A stretch of 64,000 nt of DNA from Mobula hypostoma (lineage: Eukaryota): assembly GCF_963921235.1 (NCBI RefSeq), contig NC_086097.1, positions 201,068,001 to 201,132,000 of the forward strand, read 5' to 3'. Below the pieces are notes generated by a model. The model had not been told where the DNA came from, searched no databases, and saw nothing but the letters and a program-made list of their open reading frames with translations. Shown piece after piece: positions 39,622 through 52,550 of the stretch. The position numbers and the translations under genes are program-made. Each line of letters opens with the position of its first letter. Positions within the stretch are counted from its first letter, which is position 1.

Positions 39622-42600
39622 GCCATAAGACATAGGAGCAGAATTAGGCCACTTGGCCCATCATCTACTCCACCATTTCATTATGGCTGATCCAATTTCC
39701 CACTCACCTCCGATTTCCTGCCTTCTCCCGGTATCCCTTCATGCCCCAACAAATCAAGAATCTATCAACCTCTGCTTAAATATATATAAAAGTTTGGCCT
39801 CCATAGCCGCCCGTGGCAATGAATTCCACAGGTTCACCGCTCTGCCTAAAGAAATTCCTCCTCATTTCCATTCTAAAAGGACATCCCTCTATTCTGAGGC
39901 TGTGTACTCTACTCTTAGACTCTCTCACCTTCAGAAACATCCTCTCTATATCCAGTCTATCAAGGCCTTTCACCATTTGATAGGTTTCAATGAGTTTACC
40001 CCATTTCTCTGAATTCCAGCGAATACAGGCCCTGAGCCATCAAATGTTCTTCATCTGACAAGCCACTCAGTCGTAGTATCATTTTTCATGAACCTTCTTT
40101 GAACCCACAACAGTTACAGCACATCCTTTCCAAGGGGTCCAAATCTGCTCACAATACTCCAAGTGAGGCCTCATCAGTGCTTTATACCTCTTGAAATGAA
40201 TGATAATATTGCATTTGCCTTCCTCACCACAGACTCAATCTGCAAATTAACCTTTAGGGAATCCTACATGAGTCCCTTTGCACCTCAGTTTTTTTTTTAT
40301 ATTTTCTTCCCATTTAGACAATAGTCAACCCTTTCATTTCTTCTACCAAAGTGCATGACCATACATTTCCTGACACTGTATACCACCTGTCAATTATCTG
40401 CCCATTCTCTCAATCTGTCTAAGTCCTTCTGTAGCCTCTCTACTTCCTCAAAATTACCTGCCCCTCCACACATCTTCATATCGTCTGCAAACTTTGCAGC
40501 AAAGCCATCAATTCCATCATCTAAGTTATTGACATATACATAAAACGAACCGGTCCTAACACAGACCTCTGTGGAACACAACTAGTCACTGGTAGGGAGC
40601 CAGAAAAGTCTCCTTAATCCCACTCTTTGCCTCTGCCAATCAGCCACTGCTTAATCCATGCTAGAATCTCTCCTGTAATACCATGGGCTTGTAGCCTGTT
40701 AAGCAGCCTCTTGTGTGGCAACTTGTCAAGGGCCTTCTGAAAATCTAAGTACACAACATCAACTGATTCTCCTTTGTCTATCCTGCTTGTTATTTCTTCA
40801 AAGAATTCCAACAGATTTATCAGGCAAGATTTTCCCTTGAGAAAACCATGCTGACTATGGCCTATTCTATCATGTGCCTCTAAGTACCTTGAGTACTCGT
40901 CCTTAATAATCGACTCCAACATCTTCCCAACCATTGAGGTCAGCCTAACTGGAATATAGTTTCCTTTCTTTTGCCTCTCTCCCTTCTTGAAGAGTGGACT
41001 GGCATTTACACACTTCATGCCCCCGACACTTGGAACGTCCACCATACTGCTAGTGTCTTCCACCATGAAGAATGATGCAAAATACTTATTTAATTTGTCC
41101 AATTACTACCTCTCCAGCATCTTTTTCCAGTGGTCCAATATCCACTGTCGCTTTTCTTTTATGCTTTATGTACCATAAGAAACTTCTGATATCCTCGTTA
41201 ATATTATTGGCTAGCTACGTATTCCATTTTTACCTTCTTAATGATTTCTTTTAAGTTGCCTTCTGTTGGTTTTTAAAAGCTTCCCAATCCTCTAACTTCC
41301 CCTAATCTTTGCTCTATTATATGGCTTCTTCTTTGGATTTTATGTTGGCTTTGACTTCTCGTGTTAACTATGGTTGTGCCATCTTGCCTTTAGAATACTT
41401 TTTCCTCTTTGGGATATATATATCCTGTGCCTTCTGAATCGATTCCAGAAATTCCAGCCATTGCTGCTGTGCCTTCATCCCTGCCAGTGTTCTTTTACAA
41501 TCAATTCTGGTCATCTCCTCTCTCATGCCTCTGTAATTTCCTTTACTTCATTGTGATACTGATACATTTGGCCCTAGCATCTCCGTCTCAAATTTCAGGG
41601 TGAATTCAATCATATTATGATCACTTGTCCCTAAGGGTTCTTTTATCTTAAGCTCTCTAATTAATTCTGGTTCATTGCATAACACCCAATCCAGAATAGC
41701 TGATCCTCTAGTAGGCTCAACCACGAGCTGCTTGAAAAAGCCATCTCGTAGGCACTCTAGAAATTCCTCCTCCTGGAATCCAGCACCAATCTGATTTTCT
41801 GAATCTACCTGCATATTGAAGGTCTTATGATGATTGTAGCATCTTTACTACCATTTGGGGGTCTGTATACAGCTCACCTCAGGGTCTTTTTTTTCCCTTA
41901 CAGTTCCTTAGCTCTATCCACAATGATTCAACACCTTTTGACCCTATGTGACCTTTTCCTTATGATTTGATTTTATTTTTTACCAACAAAGCAACACCAC
42001 CCTTTCTGCCTTCCTGCCTGTCCTTTTGATACAACGTGCATCCTTGGACATTAAGATCCCAGCTATAATTTTCTTTCAGCCATGATTCAGTGATGCCTAC
42101 AACATCATACCTGCCAATCTGCTACTGTGCTTCAAGTTCATCTACCTTATTCCGTATACTGCACTCATTCAAATATAACACCTTCAGTCTGTAGTCATCC
42201 TTTTCAATTTTGTCCACCTTTTACATTGCAACTCATCCTGTTGACTGCAATTTTGCCCTATCAACAGCCTCTCCTCACAAAACATTGCCTCTGTTTGTAA
42301 ACCAGCCACCTCATCTTCAGCTCTATTATCCGTCTTTCCTACAACACTACTTGCATTGAAATATATGCTGCTAGGGACACTAGCTGAACCATGCTCAACC
42401 TTTTGCTTCCAAACTGAGGTTTTACCAACATCTTCCTCCACCTCACCACTATCTGTTATGGCACTCTGGTTCCCACCCCCTTGCAACTCTAGTTTAAACC
42501 CCACCATGCAGTACTAACACACTTTTCTGCTAAGATATTCGTCTCCCTCCAGTTCAAGTTGTCCCTTCTGCACAAGCCCCATCTTCCCCAGAAAAGAGCC

Positions 42601-42882
42601 CAATGATCCAAAAATGTTATGCCCTCCCTCCTACACCAACTCCTTAGCCACATATTAAACTTAGTTTTGCCCTCACTAGCAAATGGCATGGGTAGTAATC
42701 CTGAGATCACAACCCTGGAGGACCTGCCCTTTAACTTGGCACCTAACTCCCTGAACTCCCAATGCAGAACCTTGTCACTTGTCCTACCCATGTCATTGGT
42801 ATCTACGTGGACAACGACTTCTGGCTGCTCACCTTCTCATTTAAGAATGATGAGGACTCAATCCGAGACATCCCAGACCCTA
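39622..42882 (-). mobile_element. 5'-truncated CR1 LINE including the ORF1 esterase C-half
   Basis: VVISGLLP, YFNASSV, GTSDHNMIEF, QHGFLKGKSC, KFADD and tail GCCATAAGACATAGG. Confidence 0.9.
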
Positions 42883-42889
42883 GTAAGGC

Positions 42890-45840
42890 TTATTACTGAT
42901 TAAAGGGGTAATCTATGCATGGAGATAAAGGATTTCTTGAATTATTTATTCTAATCTGTATTCACCAAGGAGATTGTAGTTGAAGATTTCTGCTGGAGTG
43001 ATGAAATTCTAGAGCACGGTAGATGAAGTGGTTGAGATAGATACAATGGTATCATTTTAAAAGCACTTCGATAGGTACATGCAGTTTAGTTACCTGGAGG
43101 GTTACGTGCCAAACACAGGAAATTGGCACTAGTTTGGTGGACTCGTGGTTGGCATGGACTCATTTGGAAGGATATCCTGTATCTATGCTATATTGCTCCA
43201 TGACTATATGACTCTGAAGGTGGATAACTCTCAGGACCTGATGAAATGTATTCCAGCTTTCTCTGGAAGGAAAGGGACAGAATTGCTGGGCCCTGATGGA
43301 GATACTTAGATGTCTGCCAGCCACATCTGAAGTGCCAGATGACTGAAGACAGCAAGTGTTCAACCTTTAATAGAAGGATATCAGGGATAAACCAGGTGAA
43401 TACACACCAGTTAGTCCACTGGCAGTGGTAAAGAAATAGTAGGGAAAATCCTGACAGATAGAATTAATCTACACTTGGAAAGGTAGAATTTTATCAGGGA
43501 TAGTCAGCACGGATTGGTTGGTGGAAGATCCTGTTTGCCGAATGTAATTGAGATTTGGATAAAAAAAAAGGATATTGATAAGGATAGTGTAACTGATATT
43601 GGATTTTAATAAGGCCTTTGACATATGAAAGGTAGATTAGTCCTTGGAATCCAAGACAAATTGAGAAATTGAATTAAAATTTAACTTGATAATAGAAGAC
43701 AGATAGTAATGGTGAAGGGATGCTTTTATGATGGGAAGCCTATCACCAGTAGTGTACCTCAGGAATCAGTGCCAGAACCTTCTTATTATTAAATGCATTA
43801 ATGATTTCAGTGTCATCGTGGGAGAAATATGATTAGTAAGTTTGTCAATGACACAAAAATTGCGATGTCATTGATAATGAAAGGAGTAGCATAAGACTAC
43901 AGAATGATATTAATCAGCTTGTAAATTGGGAAGGGCAACAGGAAATGGAATTTAATCCTGATAACTATGATGTGATGGATTTTGGGGAGGGGTTTCTAGT
44001 ACGTGAAAGGCATATATCATGAATGGTAGGGTCCAAGGAACTAGTGTGGAACAAAGGAACCTTAATGTACAAGTCCAAGGAGTCCTGAAGTTAGTAGGAC
44101 TGGTAATTAGAGTATTGAAGAAGACAAAAGGGATGATTGGCTTGATTAGCTAGGTCCAATGATATGAAAAGAGGAAAGTCATCGTGCAACTTTAAAAACA
44201 CTTGTTACTGGTGGAAAACTATCCTGACCGGGTCTCAACACCTCCCTCTGCAACTGGATCCTGGACTTCTTAATAAAAGGGGTGGGCAGCAACATCTTTA
44301 ATCTCATTACACTGAGCACTGGTGCTCCCCAGGGCTGTGTGCTTAGCCTGCTGCTGTCCACACCGTGGTTGCATGACTGTGTCACAGGATCCAGCTAAAA
44401 CCGTGTTATCAAGTTTGCAGAAGACCCAGCAATGGTTGGCTTAATCAACAATGATGCTGGAGTCAGAGTACAGAGAGGAAGCGGAGTGGCTGGTGGATTG
44501 ATGTGCGAAGAAGAAGCTAAGTCTGAACATGGAGCATGGAGAAGACCAAGGAAATCATTATGGACTTCAGGAAGGTGCAGATGAACTGTCCACCTCTGTG
44601 AATACATGGCTCCTCCATCGAGAGTAGTTTAAGTGCACCAAGTTCTTGGGAGTTCATATTACAGATGACCTCACATGGTCCCTTAATATCACCTCCCTGA
44701 ACAAGAAGGCACAGCAGCGCCTCCACTTCCTAAGGAGATTGAGGCAAATGAGGCTCATTCCCCATCCCCATCTTAACTGAATTTTATAGGAGCTCCATTG
44801 AGAACATCCTGACAGCTACATCTCCATCTGGTATGGGAGCACCCAAGCATTGGACTGCAAGTCCCTATGAAAGACTGTGAGAGCAGCTGAGAAGATGATA
44901 GGGGCCTCCCTACCATCCATCAACAACATTTGTCTGGGGCACTGCCCTTGGTATTATCTGGGATCCCACCCATCCATCCAGCATTCCCTTTGACTTTCTA
45001 CCATCATGCAGGAGACTCCAATGCATAAAAACAAGAACAGTCAGGATGGGAAACAGTTTCTTTCCTCAGGCTATTAGGGTTCTGAACTCCCTGCTGCATT
45101 GCACTTAATCTGTTCTGTACCTTACAATATTTAATTTATGCAATTTACTTTGTTTATTTACGTGTAATTCATCTGTAGATTTTATCTTTTCTTTCATAAG
45201 CTATTCTGTAGTGTATGTATTATGTGCACTACTGTATTTTACACCCTGGTCCAGAGAAATATCTTGTTGAATGGTATAAATGTATATAGTTAAATCACAA
45301 TAAATATGACTTGACTTGACCTGCGTCACAGCAGTTCTGATTGTGTGCATCACACTGTAGGAAGGCCCCAATTGCAATGAAAAGGGTGCAGAAGAAATTC
45401 AGCTGATCTTGCCTGCAATAGAATGTTACAGTCCTGAAGCCAGATGGGTAGCTGGGTTTGTTTTCCATAAGCAGAGGAGGCAGAGGGGAGAATCTGATAG
45501 AGTTATACAAAGATATTGATAGAGCAAAAAGTAGGAAACCTTTTCCCATGTGATGAGGGGGCATAGGTTTAAGGTGAGGAGTAAGGAGTTTAAAGGTAAT
45601 CTGAGGAAGAATATTTTCAACCAGAGGGTGGCTGCCATCTGGGAAACATTGCCTGAGAAGGTGGTAGTCCCACAACGTTCATGAAACATCTGGATGAACA
45701 CTTCAATTGCCAAAGCATAGTAGCTACAGACAAAATGTTGGTAAAGGGATTAGTATATTGATGGCCAACATGGATGTGGTGGGTTGAAAGGCCTGTTCCT
45801 GTGCTGTATGTCTCAGTGACGATAACTCTATGACCATCTG
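42890..45840 (+). mobile_element. Highly degraded CR1 interrupted by a Rex-type LINE
   Basis: SQHGLV, VPQESV and KFVNDTKI remnants. Its 3' end at 45320-45840 resumes after the insertion. Confidence 0.7.
44210..45320 (+). mobile_element. Rex1/Babar-type LINE, RT C-half plus 3' UTR
   Basis: [51 protein letters not shown], and AATAAA followed by tail TGACTTGACTTGAC. Confidence 0.8.
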
Positions 45841-46333
45841 GTAATGATTCCAAAACATTAAGGGGCCGAGGAATTTATTTTTGTTTGAGAAGAAAATTGT
45901 GAAATTATGTTGAGCGGGGCACCAATGTTAGTTTGTTCCAATAATGATGAATAAAGTCATGGCATATGCAAGACATCCTTCGCACAGCTGGGGCAATTGA
46001 TAACTCTTTACACAGTTGTACATATTAACTGCAAGCAACTTCAACAGTCCTGCCCTTACAATATGGGATAATAATTCACAAGCCTTCCTAATTAATTATC
46101 AAACCTATATACTAAGCTTTCTGTGTCACATGCTGTGGCTGCCAGACCCTCTTGAACTGCAATATTTCACAATCTTAGTCTACTGCAGTGGATAATCTCA
46201 CATTCTCCCACATAATACCACATTTGTCAACTTTTGCACATTCACAACTGGGCTTCCGGTCAAGGTAGCGCTGAGTTCCCATGCTTGTCAAAGTTCTGGC
46301 TCAGACTTGTTTATTAGATTTGTAGGGATGCTT

Positions 46334-46775
46334 TTCAAAGTTCAAAGTACACTTATTATCAAAGTATGTATACATTATACAACCTTGAGATTCATCTCCT
46401 TACAGGCAGCCACAAAACAAAGAAACACAAAAGAACCCATTAACAAAGACTGTCAAGCACCCAAAATGCGGAGAGAAAAAAGCAATTATGCAAACAAGAA
46501 ATTCAAGCAAATAGCATGCCTGGACCAGCTGGAGTAGGCCACAGCCACGGCCTCCGCCTCAGTTCAGCGCATAGCAGAGTAAATGTTGCGGAGCATGCAG
46601 ACGTGAATCCCAGAGCAGGCCACAGGCTCAGCCTCAGTGCAATGCAGAACAGTGTAAACACTGCGGAGCAGTGATCAATACTGGCCCAATTCTCGCCTCT
46701 GGTCCCAACTCAATCCATCTGGCCTGGCGTTTAAATCCTCCAAACATCAGGTTGTTCCTTGCTCTAAGACCTAAG
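46334..46775 (-). mobile_element. Non-autonomous retroposon with (TTTGAAC)n tail and GC-rich non-coding body
   Basis: TTCAAAGTTCAAAGTACACTTATTATCAAAG terminus shared with 27002 and 63405. Internal repeat GGCCACAG...CCTCAGT. Confidence 0.55.
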
Positions 46776-47099
46776 GCAGTGCAAGGAGTCAGAGAACAGA
46801 TTGGGGTTCAGGAACAGTTTTAAGGGTGAGTTAAGGGTCAGGGGAAGTAAATGAAGAGTCAGGGGCAGGAGCTGGTGGTCAAGTATTCTGTGGTCGAAAG
46901 CCAGTGATCTCTGTGGACAAATAGTGGGTCAGCAGGCACGGAGGATGAACTTTTTTTCCATCCTTTCAGACAGCATACTCCAATTCTAACCAGCTATTGC
47001 ATAAAAAACACTTTTTTCTTTGTCAGTTACCTTAAATCTCTAGTCACTGACCCATCCACCAATATAAACAATTTACCTAATTTATTCTAAATCTCTAGT

Positions 47100-49012
47100 T
47101 TAGGAAGGAGAAAAAAGATTATGAGAAAAAACTGGCAGGGAACATAAAAACTGACTGTAAAAGCTTTCATAGATATGTGAAAAGAAAAAGATTGGTTAAG
47201 ACAAATGTAGGTCCCCTACAGACCGAAACAGGTGAATTGATTATGGGGAGCAAGGACATGGCAGACGAATTAAATAACTACTTTAGTTCTGTCTTCACTA
47301 AGGAGGACATAAATAATCTTCCGGAAATAGTAGGGGACAGAGGGTCCAGTGAGATGGAGGAACTGAGCGAAATACATGTTAGTAGGGAAGTGGTGTTAGG
47401 TAAATTGAAGGGATTAAAGGCAGATAAATCCCAAGGGCCAGATGGTCTGCATCCCAGAGTGCTTAAGGAAGTAGCCCAAGAAATAGTGGATGCATTAGTG
47501 ATAACTTTTCAAAACTCTTTAGATTCTGGACTAGTTCCTGAGGATTGGAGGGTGGCTAATGTAACCCCACTTTTTAAAAAAGGAGGGAGAGAGAAACCGG
47601 GGAATTATAGACCGGTTAGCCTAACATCGGTGGTGGAGAAAATGCTAGAGTCAGTTATCAAGGATGTGATAACAGCACATTTGGAAAGCGGTGAAATGAT
47701 CGGACAAAGTCAGCATGGATTTGTGAAAGGAAAATCATGTCTAAAGAATCTCATAGAATTTTTTGAGGATGTAACTAGTCGAGTGGATAGGGGAGAACCA
47801 GTGGATGTGGTATATTTGGATTTTCAAAAGGCTTTTGACAAGGTCCCACACAGGAGATTAGCGTGCAAACTTAAAGCACACGGTACTGGGGGTAAGGTAT
47901 TGGTGTGGTTAGAGAATTGGTTGGCAGACAGGAAGCAAAGAGTGGGAATAAACGGGACCTTTTCTGAATGGCAGGTAGTGACTAGTGGGGTACAGCAAGG
48001 CTCAGTGCTGGGACCCCAGTTGTTCACAATATATATTAATAACTTAGATGAGGGAATTAAATGCAGCATCTCCAAGTTTGCAGATGACACAAAGCTGGGA
48101 GGCAGTGTTAGCTGTGAGGAGGATGCTAAAAGGATGCAGGGTGACTTGGATAGGTTAGGTGAGTGGGCAAATTCATGGCAGATGCAACTTAATGTGGATA
48201 AATGTGAGGTTATCCACTTTGGTGGCAAAAACAGGAAAACAGATTATTATCTGAATGGTGGCCGATTAGGAAAAGGGGAGGTGCAACGAGACCTGGGTGT
48301 CATTATACAACAGTCATTGAAAGTGGGCATGCAGGTACAGCAGGCGGTGAAAAAGGCGAATGGTATGCTGGATTCATAGCAAGAGAATTCGAGTACAGGA
48401 GCAGGGAGGTACTACTGCAGTTGTGCAAGGCCTTGGTGAGACCACAGCTGGAGTATTGTGTGCAGTTTTGGTCCCCTAATCTGAGGAAAGACATCCTTGC
48501 CATAGAGGGAGTACAAAGAAGGTTCACCAGCTTGATTCCTGGGATGGCAGGACTTTCATATGATGAAAGACTGGATCGACTAGGCTTATACTCGTTGGAA
48601 TTTAGAAGATTGAGGGGGGATCTTATTGAAACATATAAAATCGTAAAGGGATTGGACAGGCTAGATGCAGGAAGATTGTTCCCAATGTTGGGGAAGTCTA
48701 GAACGAGGGGTCACAGTTTGAGGATAAAGGGGAAGCCTTTTAGGACCAAGATTAGGAAAAACTTCTTCACACAGAGAGTGGTGAATCTGTGGAATTCTCT
48801 GCCACAGGAAACAGTTGAGGCCAGTTCATTGGCTATATTTAAGAGGGAGTTAGATGTGGCCCTTGTGGCTAAAGGGATCGGGGGTATGGAGGGAAGGCTG
48901 GTACAGAGTTCTGAGTTGGATGATCAGCCATGATCATACTGAATGGCGGTGCAGGCTCGAAGGGCTGAATGGCCTACTCCTGCAACAATTTTCTATGTTT
49001 CAATGTTTCTAT
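47100..49012 (+). mobile_element. 5'-truncated CR1 LINE (RT), (ATGTTTCT)n-tail subfamily
   Basis: 400-aa and 170-aa ORFs with a complete RT motif set, separated by a 1-nt deletion near 48371. Confidence 0.95.
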
Positions 49013-49329
49013 ACTTCTGTTAAGTTTCTCCTTAATCTTCTTAATTTTAGGGAGAAAAGAACCAGCTTTTCAAACTTTTTTTCTTCATTGCAAAGCCAGT
49101 ACAAAATCTTGAGACTCTAGCTGTGCTTTTTCGATAGTAACCGTCAGATTAGTTATGTAGGTAAGACGATATTTTGCTGTATCATAGGGTGCTCATTGAG
49201 ATTTCTTATAAGACAGCCTTGTTATACCTGTTGTCCTCTAATTGAAGGAGATTTACTGAAGTTGTATGGTTATAACCCTGATCACTAGTGAACTGTCCTG
49301 ATTTGATTTGACTTCAGGATTATTATCAG

Positions 49330-52300
49330 ATAGAAAACATAGAAACATAGAAAATAGGTGCAGGAGTAGGCCATTCGGCCTTTCGAGCTTGCACCGCCAT
49401 TTATTATGATCATGGCTGATCATCCAACTCAGAACCCTGCACCAGCCTTCCCTCCATACCCCCTGATCCCCCTAGCCACAAGGGCCATATCTAACTCCCT
49501 CTTAAATATAGCCAATGAACTGGCCTCAACTGTTTCCCGTGGCAGAGAATTCCACAGATTCACCACTCTCTGTGTGAAGAAGTTTTTCCTAATCTCAGTC
49601 CTAAAAGGCTTCGCCTTTATCCTCAAACTGTGACCCCTCGTTCTGGACTTCCCCAACATCGGGAACAATCTTCCTGCATCTAGCCTGTCCAATCCCTTTA
49701 GGATTTTATACGTTTCAATCAGATCCCCCCTCAATCTTCTAAATTCCAACGAGTACAAGCCTCGTTCATCCAGTTTTTCTTCATATGAAAGTCCTGCCAT
49801 CCCAGGAATCAATCTGGTGAACCTTCTTTGTACTCCCTCTATGGCAAGGATGTCTTTCCTCAGATTAGGGGACCAAAACTGCACACAATACTCCAGGTGT
49901 GGTCTCACCACGGCCTTGTACAACTGCAGTAGTACCTCCCTGCTCCTGTACTCGAATCCTCTTGCTATAAATGCCAGCATACCATTCACCTTTTTCACCG
50001 CCTGCTGTACCTGCATGCCCACTTTCAATGACTGGTGTATAATGACACCCAGGTCTCGTTGCACCTCCCCTTCTCCTAATCGGCCACCATTCAGATAATA
50101 ATCTATTTTCCTATTTTTGCCACCAAAGTGGATAACTTCACATTTATCCACATTAAATTGCATCTGCCATGAATTTGCCCACTCACCCAACCTATCCAAG
50201 TCACCCTGCATCCTCTTCGCATCCTCCTCACAGCTAACACTGCCGCCCAGCTTCATGTCATCCGCAAACTTGGAGATTCTGCATTTAATTCCCTCATCCA
50301 ATTCATTAATATATATTGTAAACAACTGGGGTCCCAGCACTGAGCCTTGCGGTACCCCACTAGTCACTGCCTGCCATTCTGAAACGGTCCCGTTTATTCC
50401 CACTCTTTGCTTCCTGTCTGCTAACCAATTCTCTATCCACATCAATACCTTACCCCCAATACCGTGTGCTTTAAGTTTGCACACTAATCTCCTGTGTGGG
50501 ACCTTGTCAAAAGCCTTTTGAAAATCCAAATATACCACATCCACTGGTTCTCCCCTATCCACTCTACTAGTTACATCCTCAAAAAATTCTATGAGATTCG
50601 TCAGACATGATTTTCCTTTCACAAATCCATGCTGACTTTGTCCGATGATTTCACCGCTTTCCAAATGTGCTGTTATCACATCTTTGATAACTGACTCCAG
50701 CAGTTTCCCCACCACCGACGTTAGGCTAACCGGTCTATAATCCCCCGGTTTCTCTCTCCCTCCTTTTTTAAAAAGTGGGGTTACATTAGCCACCCTCCAA
50801 TCCTTAGGAACTAGTCCAGAATCTAACGAGTTTTGAAAAATTATCACTAATGCATCCATTATTTCTTGGGCTACTTCCTTAAGCACTCTGGGATGCAGAC
50901 CATCTGGCCCTGGGGATTTATCTGCCTTTAATCCCTTCAATTTACCTAACACCACTTCCCTACTAACATGTATTTCGCTCAGTTCCTCCATCTCACTGGA
51001 CCCTCTGTCCCCTACTATTTCTGGAAGATTATTTATGTCCTCCTTAGTGAAGACAGAACCAAAGTAATTATCAATTGGTCTGCCATGTCCTTGCTCCCCA
51101 TAATCAATTCACCTGTTTCTGTCTGTAGGGGACCTACATTTGTCTTTACCAGTCTTTTCCTTTTTACGTATCTATAAAAGCTTTTACAGTCAGTTTTTAT
51201 GTTCCCTACCAGTTTTCTCTCATAATCTTTTTTCCCCTTCCTAATTAAGCCCTTTGTCCTCCTCTGCTGAACTCTGAATTTCTCCCAGTCCTCAGGTGAG
51301 CCACTTTTTCTGGCTAATTTGTATGCTTCTTCTTTGGAATGGATACTATCCCTAACTTCTCTTGTCAGCCACAGGTGCACTACCTTCCTTGATTTATTCT
51401 TTTGCCAAACTGGGATGAACAATTGTTGTAGTTCATCCATGCAATCTTTAAATGTTTGCCATTGCATATCCACCGTCAATCCTTTAAGTGTCATTTGCCA
51501 GTCTATCTTAGCTAATTCACGTCTCATACCTTCAAAGTTACCCCTCTTTAAGTTCAGAACCTTTGTTTCTGAATTAACTATGTCACTCTCCATCTTAATG
51601 AAGAATTCCACCATATTATGATCACTCTTACCCAAGGGGCCTCTCACAACAAGATTGCTAATTAACCCTTCCTCATTGCTCAAAACCCAGTCCAGAATAG
51701 CCTGCTCTCTCGTTGGTTCCTCGACATGTTGGTTCAAAAAACCATCCGGCATATATTCCAAGAAATCCTCTTCCTCAGCACCCTTACCAATTTGGTTCAC
51801 CCAATCTACATGTAGATTGAAGTCACCCATTATAACTGCTGTTCCTTTATTGCACACATTTCTAATTTCCTGTTTAATACCATCCCCGACCTCACTACTA
51901 CTGTTAGGTGGCCTGTACACAACTCCCACCAGTGTTTTCTGCCCCTTAGTGTTATGCAGCTCTACCCATATCGATTCCACATCTTCCCGGCTTATGTCCT
52001 TCCTTTCTATTGCGTTAATCTCCTCTTTAACCAGCAACGCCACCCCACCTCCTTTTCTTTCATGTCTATCCCTCCTGAATATTGAATATCCCTGAACGTT
52101 GAGCTCCCATCCTTGGTCACCCTGGAGCCATGTCTCTGTGATCCCAACTATATCATAATCATTAATAACAATCTGCACTTTCAATTCATCCACCTTGTTA
52201 CGAATGCTCCTGGCATTGACACACAAAGCCTTCAGGCACTCTTTCACAAGTCTCTTAGCCCTTATACAATTATGTTGAAAAGTGGCCCTTTTTGATGCTT

Positions 52301-52550
52301 GCCCTGGATTTGTCGGTCTGCCACTTTTACTTTTCTCCTTAGTACTTTTTGCTTCTACCCTCACTTTACACCCCTCTGTCTCTCTGCACTGGTTCCCATC
52401 CCCCTGTTGTGAACTAACCTCCTCTCGCCTAGCCTCTTTAATTTGATTCCCACCCCCCAACCATTCTAGTTTAAAGTCACCTCAGTAGCCCTCGCTAATC
52501 TCCCTGCCAGGATATTGGTCCCCCTAGGATTCAAGTGTAACCCGTCCTTT
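49330..52550 (-). mobile_element. Young CR1 LINE with near-intact ORF2 (APE-RT)
   Basis: 475-aa (51033-52460) and 520-aa (49429-50991) ORFs. It starts at the end of the ORF1 esterase (DGLHLNPRGTN) and has tail AGAAAACATAGAAACATAGAAA on the plus strand. Confidence 0.97.
49429..52460 (-). pseudogene. CR1 ORF2p (APE endonuclease + reverse transcriptase), one apparent frameshift
   Basis: VNARSI, GITETW, YRPP, GDFN, SDH, QHGF, DFQKAFD, VPQGS and FADD are all present. The frame break is near 51070. Confidence 0.9.

Noticed and set aside
18526..52095. Many 60-160 aa ORFs antisense to CR1 ORF2 (e.g. 18526-18924, 47824-48228, 50117-50521, 51655-52095)
   Set aside because: These are shadow ORFs of LINE coding sequence, repeated in each copy because of shared codon structure. 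They are not independent genes.
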